Below are positions 1-8,888 of a DNA stretch of 40,939 bases, piece after piece. Position numbers and translations under genes: made by a program. Source of the stretch: a virus (lineage: Duplodnaviria > Caudoviricetes); the IMG/VR virus record IMGVR_UViG_3300038379_000537, positions 1 through 40,939 of that record; one strand, given 5' to 3'. Position 1 is the stretch's first letter. Every line of letters starts with the position of its first letter. Under the pieces are notes generated by a model. That model worked only from the letters and a program-made list of their open reading frames with translations, was not told the origin of the DNA and ran no database searches.

Positions 1-121
1 AATGCCGCCCCAGCGCGAACCGGTGGCGCGCGAGGTCTCGTCGATGCCGTTGATCCAACCACTGTTGCTGTTGTTCCCGACCGGCAGTTTCTTCGCGTCG
101 GCCGAGAATACACCCTCTTCG
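1..121. repeat. Terminal direct repeat / circular assembly overlap (copy 1)
   Basis: 1-121 equals 40819-40939 except G/A at position 13 (synonymous Arg codon in the capsid frame); the capsid ORF reads continuously across the join. Confidence 0.95.
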
Positions 122-1287
122 TGGATCGGCAAAATCACCGAGGGAAGCAGGGTCGGCTCCAGCAATACCCCGCCGTCCTGCGGGATCGACTCGCTGGCAC
201 CCTGGATAGCTTTGGCCTCCTTGGCCTGCAACCCGAGAATGCGCGGATGCACATTACGGCCCAGCGAAGTATAGAAATTTTTGACGGCTTGGCACTGCTC
301 GGCGAGGGTTTTGAATTCGCGATCGCCCTCGTCAAGCGTCACCTGTACAACGTCCGTCTTTTTGATCGGCTCCGGCAGATCGGCAATCGCCTTTTTCGCG
401 CCTGCCTCCGCAGCCTGCGTCACGATATCCTGGAGTTTGTCTTCTGTAATCTCCATTTTTGTAATCTCCTGTTTGGTTTCCGATTTGACAGTTTTGACTT
501 CCTCGGGACCTTCACGCTTGACCTGCGCTGCATCGTCCCGTTGTGGCACGCTGATGGATTTCAGCGAAACTACCATGTTCTTGGGCTCGGCCGGCGTAGG
601 TGTCAGACTGGCATCCGCTCCGAGCGGCCAGCGTTTGACATGCCAGGCTTTGCCAGAGGCAGCCGGTTCGCGATCCACCAAATGCGGAGCTGTACCGCTC
701 GACCATCCCAGCTTCCCGGCCAGGCCTGCGGCGATGATCGCCTCCTCATACTCGTCATGAGCCTTCATAATGATCTCCGCCAATACACCGCGGTCGTCCT
801 TTTTAAGATCGACCTGCCCGAGCAATTCGGTGTATGCAAACGACAGATTATCCGCGTACACCGGCATGCGATGATTAAAATAACCATCCGATTTTTCCGC
901 CGGACCGAAATAGGTTCCCGGAGTGAAATAGTCGCCGGTCAGATCAGTATTATTTTCATCGCCGAAGGTGATCAGATAGCCCGAAAATTTTACCGAACCG
1001 TCGTCCAGCTTGATCGCCTTGACCGGCGAACCGAAATAAATCAATTTATCCTCGGCCTCTTGCGGCATGTCGCACAGCGCTCCGTTGGCTACGCTCATGT
1101 CATGGATGTCCTGGATACGTTCCTGATCCAGTCGGTTATTACGCGCGCCGCGCTTGACCGATTTGTCCTCCCACATTCCGTTACAGATCACCGCGGCCTG
1201 ATCCTGCGGTTTACCCTCCTCGATCAGTTTTGGAATGCACACGGCCATGAACTCCTCTTTGCTTCCGTAGTCATTAGGTTCCGGCAT
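1..1287 (-). CDS. Fused prohead protease-major capsid protein, 5' part (continues at 40818..40096; about 669 aa in total)
   Basis: Hand-translated, absent from the ORF track: GAGGTG SD and ATG at 1287, no in-frame stop down to position 1. The N-part (VKFSGYLITFGD..DLTGDYFT..GWSSGTAPHLV..DASLTPTPAEP) resembles HK97-type prohead protease; the downstream part resembles a capsid (DGGVLLEP..). Confidence 0.85.
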   Translation of the reverse strand, partial: MPEPNDYGSKEEFMAVCIPKLIEEGKPQDQAAVICNGMWEDKSVKRGARNNRLDQERIQDIHDMSVANGALCDMPQEAEDKLIYFGSPVKAIKLDDGSVKFSGYLITFGDENNTDLTGDYFTPGTYFGPAEKSDGYFNHRMPVYADNLSFAYTELLGQVDLKKDDRGVLAEIIMKAHDEYEEAIIAAGLAGKLGWSSGTAPHLVDREPAASGKAWHVKRWPLGADASLTPTPAEPKNMVVSLKSISVPQRDDAAQVKREGPEEVKTVKSETKQEITKMEITEDKLQDIVTQAAEAGAKKAIADLPEPIKKTDVVQVTLDEGDREFKTLAEQCQAVKNFYTSLGRNVHPRILGLQAKEAKAIQGASESIPQDGGVLLEPTLLPSVILPIHEEGVFSADAKKLPVGNNSNSGWINGIDETSRATGSRWGGI

Positions 1288-1309
1288 GTTGCACCTCACA
1301 AAAAAAAAC

Positions 1310-1360
1310 AAAAACACGGCATCCGGCAGCCTTCGCTGCCTGAGACGCCGTGCCGTTTTT
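1310..1360 (-). promoter_or_regulatory. Long hairpin in the leader of the protease-capsid gene; extended -10 (TGTTATAAT) at 1415-1423
   Basis: CACGGC..GGCAGC-CTTC-GCTGCC..GCCGTG nested inverted repeat; TGnTATAAT on the minus strand upstream. Confidence 0.45.
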
Positions 1361-1423
1361 GGACTTATCCTGTCCTACACTACGGGACTCTCGTCGAGAT
1401 ATTTGGTTGTCTGGATTATAACA

Positions 1424-1921
1424 CTATTTTCGGCGTCGCGGCAGCACCTTTTTTATCGCCGCGTTCGCCACACGGACAGCACCTTTAAAATTATCAGTGA
1501 TGACCTTCGATACCTTTTGCCATCCGACAAGCGCCGGCTGTCTGGCCTGACCCTTGTCGTCCATCGTGTAATATGCACCGGGCTCCTTGTTGTAAATCAT
1601 AAATCCATACCCCTTGCGGGTTGGTGCGGCATACCACCCCCGCTGTACCCTGCCCGTACGATGAGGGACACCCGGGTCTATCCGTCCATCCCGGATAGCC
1701 GCCATGACAAACCGGCGTTGTGCGTCGCTGAAAAATGTCTTACCATACGCGGATTTTCTGGAAACATATTTGTAAGACGGATAATGCCGTAAGCCGCGAG
1801 ATTGATTCCCCAGAATGTAATCGACGAACGCCTTCAGCCCAACGACAAAGCCCCCGCGCACAACGGTTTTCAAGTAACGCTGCACCTGCTTATGATTGCG
1901 TATCCTGAATTTGACGTTCAT
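1424..1921 (-). CDS. Virion morphogenesis / HK97 gp10-like protein
   Basis: Start MNVKF overlaps the upstream stop (ATGA); basic protein with RTGRVQRGW motif; lies between the minor head and protease genes. Confidence 0.55.
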   Translation of the reverse strand: MNVKFRIRNHKQVQRYLKTVVRGGFVVGLKAFVDYILGNQSRGLRHYPSYKYVSRKSAYGKTFFSDAQRRFVMAAIRDGRIDPGVPHRTGRVQRGWYAAPTRKGYGFMIYNKEPGAYYTMDDKGQARQPALVGWQKVSKVITDNFKGAVRVANAAIKKVLPRRRK

Positions 1922-2607
1922 ACGGTAATGGCTTCGCCTTCGTCGTTCACCAACACGTGCTGGCACCTGCCGCCCGGGTGACATTCCAGCCCGATCCCGA
2001 ACGGCGGGACCGCGTCGCGGGCAACGAACCAGGATATCTTGCGCCGCTGACCCTTGTATCGCCGACAATCGTCGCACGATTCCGCGCCATCCTCGCCGTC
2101 GAACGTCACCATCTGATCTTTCATCGCTCGCAGCTTGGCCGTGTTGTAGGCGTCGCGCAGACTGTTGGTATACCCATCCGCCCGGGAAACAGCCCAGGTA
2201 AAATAATCAAAATCCTCCTCCTTCTTTAACGCCTTCGCCTGCTCAAAAAGCATTTCAATGTGGCCCATTTCGGCATCCATGCGCGCCGACAGCCAGTCCG
2301 TAACGTCCTGATCCGGCGGCATCTCCCCGCCTCCATCGACCCAACCCAGGTCGAACGCATCGCCCATTGCCTGCACCATTTCGCGGCGGAACGCGTTACG
2401 CGCAGCAACCAGACTCCCGCCCTCGAAGTATCCGACCAGGGCGGTCGTGATCGCGTCATGATACCGCGCATTGATCGCTGTCAGATCGCCTTCGGCCTTT
2501 GTGGCCCCGGCCCTCCGTGCCCGCATAAGCAGGTCTGGAGGAACTTCAATACCGTTTCTATCGGCAAACGAAATTGCTTTATTCACGGCCTGCTGCAAAT
2601 CATCCAT
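1918..2607 (-). CDS. Minor head morphogenesis protein (SPP1 gp7/Mu F-like)
   Basis: Follows the portal; C-terminal CDDC...CHPGGRCQH Cys/His motif. Confidence 0.7.
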   Translation of the reverse strand: MDDLQQAVNKAISFADRNGIEVPPDLLMRARRAGATKAEGDLTAINARYHDAITTALVGYFEGGSLVAARNAFRREMVQAMGDAFDLGWVDGGGEMPPDQDVTDWLSARMDAEMGHIEMLFEQAKALKKEEDFDYFTWAVSRADGYTNSLRDAYNTAKLRAMKDQMVTFDGEDGAESCDDCRRYKGQRRKISWFVARDAVPPFGIGLECHPGGRCQHVLVNDEGEAITV

Positions 2608-4108
2608 TACGCGACTCCAGTGCCCGCACACCCAGCTCAATGCCGCGCAGCAAATCAGTAATTGCCGGCATCGGTTTGATCCGCTGCCGCGCCTGATCAA
2701 ACGTCATTTCTCCGCACTTGACCGCGCGCACGATTTCATCAGACAGGTCCACTGCATGCCACGTCACCATCTTGCCGGCCTTTTGTACCTTGGCCTCCCA
2801 TTTATCCAGCTCCACCAGGGCACGTTTATTGACCGGCTTTTCCTCCTCCTCCTGCACAGCTTCCGGCTTGATCCGTTCTTTTTCCTGCATTGCGCGTCTG
2901 GCTTCTGCTACGGCTTTTTGTTTTTCGTCTATGCCGGTCGCAATCAAAGCACGTTGCTCTTTAGTCAGATTGTATCCCAGAATTTGCATTGCCAGATCGA
3001 GCGCCTGGGGCGGGGAAATTGCGCCGCTGAACACCTGGTATAACTGTGACAGACTGCCCGCTCGTTCAGCCTCGTCCGTCTGGAAAATCTCCAAACGTTC
3101 CGGCTCAAATTGAATACGGACCTCAAGCGGCTTGAATACCTGTTCGTTTAGCGCCGACTGAATCAATCGCGCATCCGGCATTATTGTTTGCGTATAAAAT
3201 TGCCGTTCACGAACCGAGGCAGTGGCATAATTTTCGTCCTCCAATAGGTGACGCGTGCCAAGCGCCTGGTGTATGTCGTAGCGCAAATCGCGGGTAATCG
3301 ACAGATCGCGCAAGGCATCCAGCCCCTCGCCGATCACCTGAGGCTTGGTGCCGGCCGCGTTGAAAACCTTCCAGCCGAAGCCGCGGACCCCGTTCATAAA
3401 TTTATTGAACCAGGTCTCCATCCGCTCGACTTCGCCCGGCGGAGGCGCGCCGTCCACCATCAACAGCATCGCCTTGATCGCGCCGCGCAGCATGTAATCC
3501 CGCACCCATGCGCTTATCGCGCCCTGGGCCTGAGCGGAAACCAAGGCGGATTGCAGAGGCCAGACCGTGGGAGGCCCCAATTCGACACTCGGATCGATCC
3601 CCCACAGATAATGCACCGCCTCCTCGGGAAACTCCTTTTGATCCGTGCCCTGACGCCGGAAAAAAATCTCGCGCTTTTGAGCCCTCTGCGGGTCGAGCGT
3701 AACGGAATCGGGCTTCCAGTATTGCAGCGCCCTTGTTTTTCCCGAACGCGCGCCGGCCGCCTTGAACCAATAGCATTGACCGGCAATCACCAGCGACGCC
3801 TCAGTCATCCCCAGATAGCGGAATGGCTCAGGCCATATACCGACTTTATTCTCGTAATAGTCGCTGGAATCAATCACCTTGTCGCCTCTGCCGTAGATCG
3901 TGAACGGCATATCGGACATGGCCTGCATGCGGGCCTGAACACCGGCGAAGACGGACGGGACCAGACGCGTCGATTTGGCAGCCTTTTCCACCTCAGTATC
4001 CGGCACCCACACCCCGGGCGTCTCGTCGGTATACGGATTGATCGATTTGACCCTGTACAAATCCACATACCGGCTGCCGTCTGTCATGATTATTTTTCTG
4101 GATTGCAT
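2600..4108 (-). CDS. Portal protein (HK97-like)
   Basis: AGGAGG SD before ATG 4108; directly after TerL; VFAGVQARMQAMSDMPF, SLVIAGQCYW, ENYATA..RQFY motifs. Confidence 0.85.
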   Translation of the reverse strand: MQSRKIIMTDGSRYVDLYRVKSINPYTDETPGVWVPDTEVEKAAKSTRLVPSVFAGVQARMQAMSDMPFTIYGRGDKVIDSSDYYENKVGIWPEPFRYLGMTEASLVIAGQCYWFKAAGARSGKTRALQYWKPDSVTLDPQRAQKREIFFRRQGTDQKEFPEEAVHYLWGIDPSVELGPPTVWPLQSALVSAQAQGAISAWVRDYMLRGAIKAMLLMVDGAPPPGEVERMETWFNKFMNGVRGFGWKVFNAAGTKPQVIGEGLDALRDLSITRDLRYDIHQALGTRHLLEDENYATASVRERQFYTQTIMPDARLIQSALNEQVFKPLEVRIQFEPERLEIFQTDEAERAGSLSQLYQVFSGAISPPQALDLAMQILGYNLTKEQRALIATGIDEKQKAVAEARRAMQEKERIKPEAVQEEEEKPVNKRALVELDKWEAKVQKAGKMVTWHAVDLSDEIVRAVKCGEMTFDQARQRIKPMPAITDLLRGIELGVRALESRNG

Positions 4109-4118
4109 ACTGCGCCTC

Positions 4119-5360
4119 CTAGGACATCCACCAGTTAACACCGCTGGATAGATAATGATCGAGATACTCGTAAGCATCCGTGCCGTGATCGTTTTCCTTC
4201 ACCGGCTCATCTTTTTCCGGCTTCCAAACACGCGACTCAAAGTCATTGATCGTGCCTGTGCAGGAGGGATCAATCGTGAGCCTTGGCCTGCCGTCCCCCT
4301 GCACTTTTAGCCGGTCCTGCACCGACTGGATGCGATCCAGGACACGGCCCTTGGCTGCCTGCGCCGGCACGTTATGATTACGCAAGTCGGCAATCAATCC
4401 CGCGGCAGCTTCATCCACTGTTACCAGCGATGCACCGAATTCGCCGAACCACTGTGCCGTTTGCGTCACCACAGTTTCCTGGATCACGCCGGTTTTGTAG
4501 AACTCGCGATGGATATGATGACGCTTATCGCTGTCCTCCCCGACCACCAAAATAACCGCCGGGTTGGTATACCCCTCATCCAACGTCAAATACCAGGCCT
4601 TGAATTCCTTAGGGTCGCGTTCCATCACGTGCACGTTGGCGTCGAACGTATCGTACACCGCGCCCTCAGCCGTGGCCCAGATGCCCTCGTAGAGCCGCTT
4701 GCGCCGGACGCCGGTCAACGAAGACAAGTCCTCCATGGTCCGCTTCCCGTGTTTCGTGAGGTTGCCATTTGCGTCATACAGCGTCGGATTGTCTGTGTGT
4801 CGTGTCCGAATCAATTTCAACTTGCCGGCCCTGGCCCTATCCCTGATCCAATGACGGGAACCTCCGGGATTGCAGTCTCCGAGCAGCTGCGTATACGGCA
4901 TTATCGCACCGCGGCCCGTTGTACGGGTAAGCAGTTTTTCCCAGGCGTCCAGTTTCAACTCCTCCGCCTGGTTGACATAGACAAAATCGCGCTCGGATGA
5001 CAATATCTTGTCGGGATTGTCCATCCCCCCGATCCAAATCGACGATCCGTTCGAGTACAGATATTTGTCCGGCCGCTCGCCGCCGTACACCTGTACAGGT
5101 GCGCCAAGGATCACCCGCGCAAAAGTCTGTAGGACGGACCCGGGCATGGATTTGTACGTATTGCGGACAATCGCACCGTTGAGACCGGGATACTTGATCG
5201 CCCAAATATGTACCTTCCAACAGGCCGCCAGTGTCTTGCCGGTCTCGGATGGTCCCTCGGCAATCACCTCGCGGTCCCGGGAATACAGAAAATCAGCACA
5301 ACCTCCGTACGGGGTATATACGTTTTCCTGCGTCAGACGCTGTTCCAGCACATAGGTCAT
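4119..5360 (-). CDS. terL: Terminase large subunit
   Basis: Walker A EGPSETGKT, Walker B-like FVYVNQAEE, motif C DCNP, nuclease domain LTLDEGYTNP and C-terminal NDHGTDA. Confidence 0.93.
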   Translation of the reverse strand: MTYVLEQRLTQENVYTPYGGCADFLYSRDREVIAEGPSETGKTLAACWKVHIWAIKYPGLNGAIVRNTYKSMPGSVLQTFARVILGAPVQVYGGERPDKYLYSNGSSIWIGGMDNPDKILSSERDFVYVNQAEELKLDAWEKLLTRTTGRGAIMPYTQLLGDCNPGGSRHWIRDRARAGKLKLIRTRHTDNPTLYDANGNLTKHGKRTMEDLSSLTGVRRKRLYEGIWATAEGAVYDTFDANVHVMERDPKEFKAWYLTLDEGYTNPAVILVVGEDSDKRHHIHREFYKTGVIQETVVTQTAQWFGEFGASLVTVDEAAAGLIADLRNHNVPAQAAKGRVLDRIQSVQDRLKVQGDGRPRLTIDPSCTGTINDFESRVWKPEKDEPVKENDHGTDAYEYLDHYLSSGVNWWMS

Positions 5361-5719
5361 AATTTGTCTGTGTCTATTCCGATCCGGATGACGATTTCGC
5401 CGTCTTCCCCGGAGCCAACGATTGGCTGCGGGACCTTCCCAAAACGGCGCTCCAGGATGTGGATCGGACCGGCAGGTGACTTGGACAAGAGCAGGCGGTT
5501 GAGCGCCACGCGCAGCTTGTCCATCTTGTCACCCTTGGCGTCCGCGATCAACTCACCAAATATCTCGTCGATTATCGCGTTCAATTCGCGTTGGTCCTTC
5601 GGGATCGGTGGACGGCCTTTGCGGTTGATGTTCTGCGGGTTAACGTCAAAGCCCTTGCCCGTCGCCCCGCCGCGCTTCTTGGGTTGTTTACCCGTTGCAT
5701 TACTACTTGTTTTCGGCAT
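5357..5719 (-). CDS. terS: Terminase small subunit (probable)
   Basis: Immediately upstream of and overlapping TerL; GKGF..NINRKGRP N-terminal motif. Confidence 0.7.
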   Translation of the reverse strand: MPKTSSNATGKQPKKRGGATGKGFDVNPQNINRKGRPPIPKDQRELNAIIDEIFGELIADAKGDKMDKLRVALNRLLLSKSPAGPIHILERRFGKVPQPIVGSGEDGEIVIRIGIDTDKL

Positions 5720-5723
5720 TCAT

Positions 5724-6854
5724 CTATCCGTTCCAAATCTTTACAGCCTCGTCCCGCGATAAAGCCGGGCCGATATATTCAAAAGTGCCTCTTATTCTTT
5801 CAGAAAATGAAAATCGCCGAGTGCCAAACCCGACAAATGACATGTCTTTCGGCATAGCTTGGATTGTATTATTTGGCTTGGCAATCATGCGCCAATTATT
5901 CGATCTTGCCCTTGTTTTAATCATGGCCGGGTGGGAAGTTTGAGAAATAAACGAATATCCAAGACCCCGACAAACCGAACCGATATATGCGCTCATTGCA
6001 TTTCCAATGCCCACACCCTGAAAATCGGGCAAACAAACTGTTCGATGCTCCCGTTTTGTGTTTTTGCGCCGGGGGTGAGGAAAATGCAAAATAGCTGTGA
6101 ACGCCACAGGAACACCATCCCAAAAAGCACAAAAACAAACGGCGGATGAATTTAGCGATGTGCTCAAATAATGATGCTTCCGAAATAATTGCCAAGCGGA
6201 CGAATGTACGCGCTTAATTTCAAGCCGAATTTTGGGACGCCGAAGGAACCTCCCGTCCGCAAATTCGTTTGTTGCGGGCTGATAAATCCAATCAGGCTCC
6301 AGCCATTCGGCAATATCGTAATGGCATGAAACAGCAATAAACTTTTGATTTCTGCTTCGCACAGTTTTTGCAATTGCGAAGCTTCCAATTTTCGCGACTG
6401 TTCTATCCACGACGCTGGTGAATTCGTCCATCACTGAAATTTCTCGATTTTCCGCCAGCATACGTGCCATATTGACTCGGAATTGTTCCCCATTTGACAA
6501 AACTCGGAATGGACGCAGCCACGAAGGAGGAGAGGAAAACCCAACAGATGAAAGCAAATCTGTTATTTCCTTGATGCTCATCTCTTTGGGAAAATTGTCA
6601 ACAATGCTATTTTCCTCCGACCATTGCCAGTCTTTGACAACATATTTGCCAAATAATTCTCTTGCCACCGTGCTTTTTCCACTTCCGCTGGGGCCGACGA
6701 TCAATCCGACATTCCATTCCTGCGGCAAATCAAGATCAATTGTCCATTTTTCAAAACTTTTTTCAGATGGCGAAACGTCAAAAATTCCCTCAAGCTGCAT
6801 TACTCGCGGCGTCCTTCTGATATTAGTCTCTCTCAGGATAGTAACGCCCGGCAT
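5724..6854 (-). CDS. ABC-type ATPase fused to GNAT acetyltransferase (putative DNA-modification enzyme)
   Basis: Walker A GPSGSGKST, signature LSNGEQFR, Walker B VMDEFTS, H-loop SCHYD; C-terminal GNAT motif RTVCLPDFQGVGIG and FRKHHYL. Confidence 0.85.
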   Translation of the reverse strand: MPGVTILRETNIRRTPRVMQLEGIFDVSPSEKSFEKWTIDLDLPQEWNVGLIVGPSGSGKSTVARELFGKYVVKDWQWSEENSIVDNFPKEMSIKEITDLLSSVGFSSPPSWLRPFRVLSNGEQFRVNMARMLAENREISVMDEFTSVVDRTVAKIGSFAIAKTVRSRNQKFIAVSCHYDIAEWLEPDWIYQPATNEFADGRFLRRPKIRLEIKRVHSSAWQLFRKHHYLSTSLNSSAVCFCAFWDGVPVAFTAILHFPHPRRKNTKREHRTVCLPDFQGVGIGNAMSAYIGSVCRGLGYSFISQTSHPAMIKTRARSNNWRMIAKPNNTIQAMPKDMSFVGFGTRRFSFSERIRGTFEYIGPALSRDEAVKIWNG

Positions 6855-7399
6855 TGTATGCCCTCCTCCAGAAATCGCTCCAGTAATTGCATCTGCTTTT
6901 CCTCATTTTCGCATGTTATCAAAATTAAATATTGCTCTGGAATTATTTCGGGCTTGTCCTTCCTTTCGATTATATCAAAGCCGGCAAGTTCCAATTCCCT
7001 TTTATCGAACCCCCACTCCAGCAGATCATCCACCTCGAAAAAATTAGCCAGCTTGTCGAAGTCGAATGAACCGACATTCTTACGCAAACGGACAACAAGC
7101 TCCTGCCGTTCCCTCTCAGTCAATTTGCGCGATGGAATTCGGACATCGACAAGCGTATCGGGTGAAATCTTGTTAATCTGCAATTCCACCATTTTCCGCT
7201 GATGACCATCCAGGAGCGGCAGACCTTTTTGGCCGTTAGGAGGCGCGGCTGCCACATAGGGGATTACATGCTCGAATTTTTCCAGGGACTTTGAAAGCTC
7301 CTGGGCATCACGCTTGGAAAGCTGAACGGGATTTTTATCCCATTCGACCAGGTCTTTTAGTTTTACACGCCTTGTCATCCAGGTCAACTTCTCGGCCAT
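6833..7399 (-). CDS. ParB/Srx-like N-terminal domain protein
   Basis: LVEWDKNP..SLEKF..LLDGHQR motif; upstream of the GNAT and terminase genes. Confidence 0.75.
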   Translation of the reverse strand: MAEKLTWMTRRVKLKDLVEWDKNPVQLSKRDAQELSKSLEKFEHVIPYVAAAPPNGQKGLPLLDGHQRKMVELQINKISPDTLVDVRIPSRKLTERERQELVVRLRKNVGSFDFDKLANFFEVDDLLEWGFDKRELELAGFDIIERKDKPEIIPEQYLILITCENEEKQMQLLERFLEEGIQCRALLS

Positions 7400-7467
7400 A
7401 CCCCCATTTTACACCCATTTTATTTTAACTTTCCGCACGCCAGTGGTAACGGGCACCACTGCCCAAA

Positions 7468-7481
7468 CGAACAAACGTTCT
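7468..7481. promoter_or_regulatory. Candidate LexA (SOS) box GAAC-N4-GTTC
   Basis: CGAACAAACGTTCT in the divergent intergenic region, about 40 bp upstream of the rightward -35. Confidence 0.55.
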
Positions 7482-7518
7482 AAAACATTACAAAAACATT
7501 ACAACCGGAATAAAACCA

Positions 7519-7546
7519 TTGACAATGTACTACACCGTGGTACAAT
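7519..7546 (+). promoter_or_regulatory. Sigma70-type early promoter
   Basis: TTGACA-16 nt-TACAAT with extended TG; an imperfect inverted repeat TGTAC..GTACA overlaps the spacer. Confidence 0.75.
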
Positions 7547-7575
7547 AGAGAAAATGAAGAAAAAAGGAGATACCA

Positions 7576-7794
7576 ATGGACATCAACAGAATCAAAACAG
7601 GGCAATACGTGAAGATAATCAAGAAACACGATGCAACCCCTGCTGGTGGCATCCACAAAGTTTTGCAAGTTGGCAATTACCCAACCATCAAATTTGTGGT
7701 GGTTGTATACCCGGGAAGGGGTACAGAAAGTTTCAGCCCTGATGATTTGGCTTCGCCGACATTTTCGGATTGGGCCGAAGAATATGTCAACTAA
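7576..7794 (+). CDS. Hypothetical early protein
   Basis: AGGAG SD, first gene after the promoter. Confidence 0.7.
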   Translation: MDINRIKTGQYVKIIKKHDATPAGGIHKVLQVGNYPTIKFVVVVYPGRGTESFSPDDLASPTFSDWAEEYVN

Positions 7795-7796
7795 CA

Positions 7797-7907
7797 CCGC
7801 CTGATTGTACTCCCCGCCTGCACATCACCACCAGGTGATGTGCAGGCCGGACGGCACAATCAACCGTCTAACCATAACCCACCCGGCGGGGTGCGCCGGG
7901 AGAAAAG
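7797..7907 (+). repeat. Structured intergenic repeat, copy 1
   Basis: 94 bp identical to 8767-8860; hairpins GCCTGCACATCACC/GGTGATGTGCAGGC and CCCGGCG/CGCCGGG, followed by an RBS. Confidence 0.92.
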
Positions 7908-7914
7908 AGAAAAA

Positions 7915-8349
7915 ATGAACAAACGAGAACGAGCGATTAGTATGTATAACGGCCACAAGGGGGCGGCAACTATCGCGCATGTGGAACGCAATATTACGCT
8001 TGCGTATCCGACGGCGTGGGAGGACCTTACTGGCATACAGTATGGCCGGCTGATGTCCGTGGCCAATACCAGCTTCCACGACGGCCGCGCTGCGGCCGGA
8101 GCGTGGAGGGAATCCGGATTGGTCGGATTTGACAAAATCTGCCTCCCGGAAAAGCTGCTGCGGGCAATCTCCGTCCGCGAACGGGTGGAGTACACATATA
8201 AGCCGTGCGCCGGCATTGTGGCCGCCCTCCCATCAGGCAGATACGATTCCGACGGCACACCCAACCCGGATGGCACACACTATCGCCAGGCCTGGTATAT
8301 CACCGATTATTATATCGGCGATATGCTGATCTATACTGAGCGATCTTGA
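7915..8349 (+). CDS. Hypothetical early protein
   Basis: ATG directly after repeat copy 1; the stop abuts repeat copy 2. Confidence 0.75.
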   Translation: MNKRERAISMYNGHKGAATIAHVERNITLAYPTAWEDLTGIQYGRLMSVANTSFHDGRAAAGAWRESGLVGFDKICLPEKLLRAISVRERVEYTYKPCAGIVAALPSGRYDSDGTPNPDGTHYRQAWYITDYYIGDMLIYTERS

Positions 8350-8351
8350 CC

Positions 8352-8455
8352 CTCCCGCCTGCACATTACCTGGTAGTAATGTGCAGACTGACTGGGCACA
8401 AGCCTGCCGCTTACACCACCAACCCCACCCGGCAGGGATATGCCGGGAAGGAGAA
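8352..8455 (+). repeat. Structured intergenic repeat, diverged copy 2
   Basis: CTGCACATTAC/GTAATGTGCAG and CCCGGCA/TGCCGGG stems with compensatory changes relative to copies 1 and 3. Confidence 0.85.
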
Positions 8456-8459
8456 TGAA

Positions 8460-8774
8460 ATGAACATCACGCGCAAGACTGCAAGCTATAACGCCCGCCG
8501 CTACGGACGCCCCTGGATTGCCCGGGTAACATTTGACACGAACGGCAAGGCCAGTTACGACTGGGGGAATTGGATAGGCACAATTGAGGGGGGTAACGGA
8601 TCGGCCGGTGAGCTAGTCATCACAGTCAATGAGGGGGACATTGTGGCCACCGGCCACAAGGACTTGCGGAAAGGTCCAGCCAATATCAATTATTGGCTGG
8701 TCCGGGATGGTCAGCTGGTACACCTTGACAAAGCCGAGGCCTACCGCATATATACAGCCGCCCCCGCCGCCTGA
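8460..8774 (+). CDS. Hypothetical early protein
   Basis: AAGGAG SD; YNARRYGRPWIARV motif. Confidence 0.8.
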   Translation: MNITRKTASYNARRYGRPWIARVTFDTNGKASYDWGNWIGTIEGGNGSAGELVITVNEGDIVATGHKDLRKGPANINYWLVRDGQLVHLDKAEAYRIYTAAPAA

Positions 8775-8881
8775 TTGTACTCCCCGCCTGCACATCACCA
8801 CCAGGTGATGTGCAGGCCGGACGGCACAATCAACCGTCTAACCATAACCCACCCGGCGGGAATGCGCCGGGAGAAAAGGAG
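8767..8881 (+). repeat. Structured intergenic repeat, copy 3
   Basis: Identical to copy 1 over 94 bp. Confidence 0.92.
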
Positions 8882-8888
8882 TAAAGAA

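Noticed and set aside
1-121. Biological terminal repeat of the virion DNA
   Set aside because: It falls mid-capsid gene; more likely an assembly overlap of a circular or permuted genome
121-1488. 455-aa plus-strand ORF in the track
   Set aside because: Antisense shadow of the minus-strand protease-capsid gene in the mirrored frame
5724-6854. ABC transporter
   Set aside because: No permease partner; the ATPase is fused to a GNAT in a terminase locus
6833-7399. Plasmid partition system
   Set aside because: No ParA and no HTH/parS evidence; the context is packaging and modification
7797-8881. CRISPR array for the Cas module
   Set aside because: The repeats are ~110 nt and separated by whole genes, not by 25-45-nt spacers
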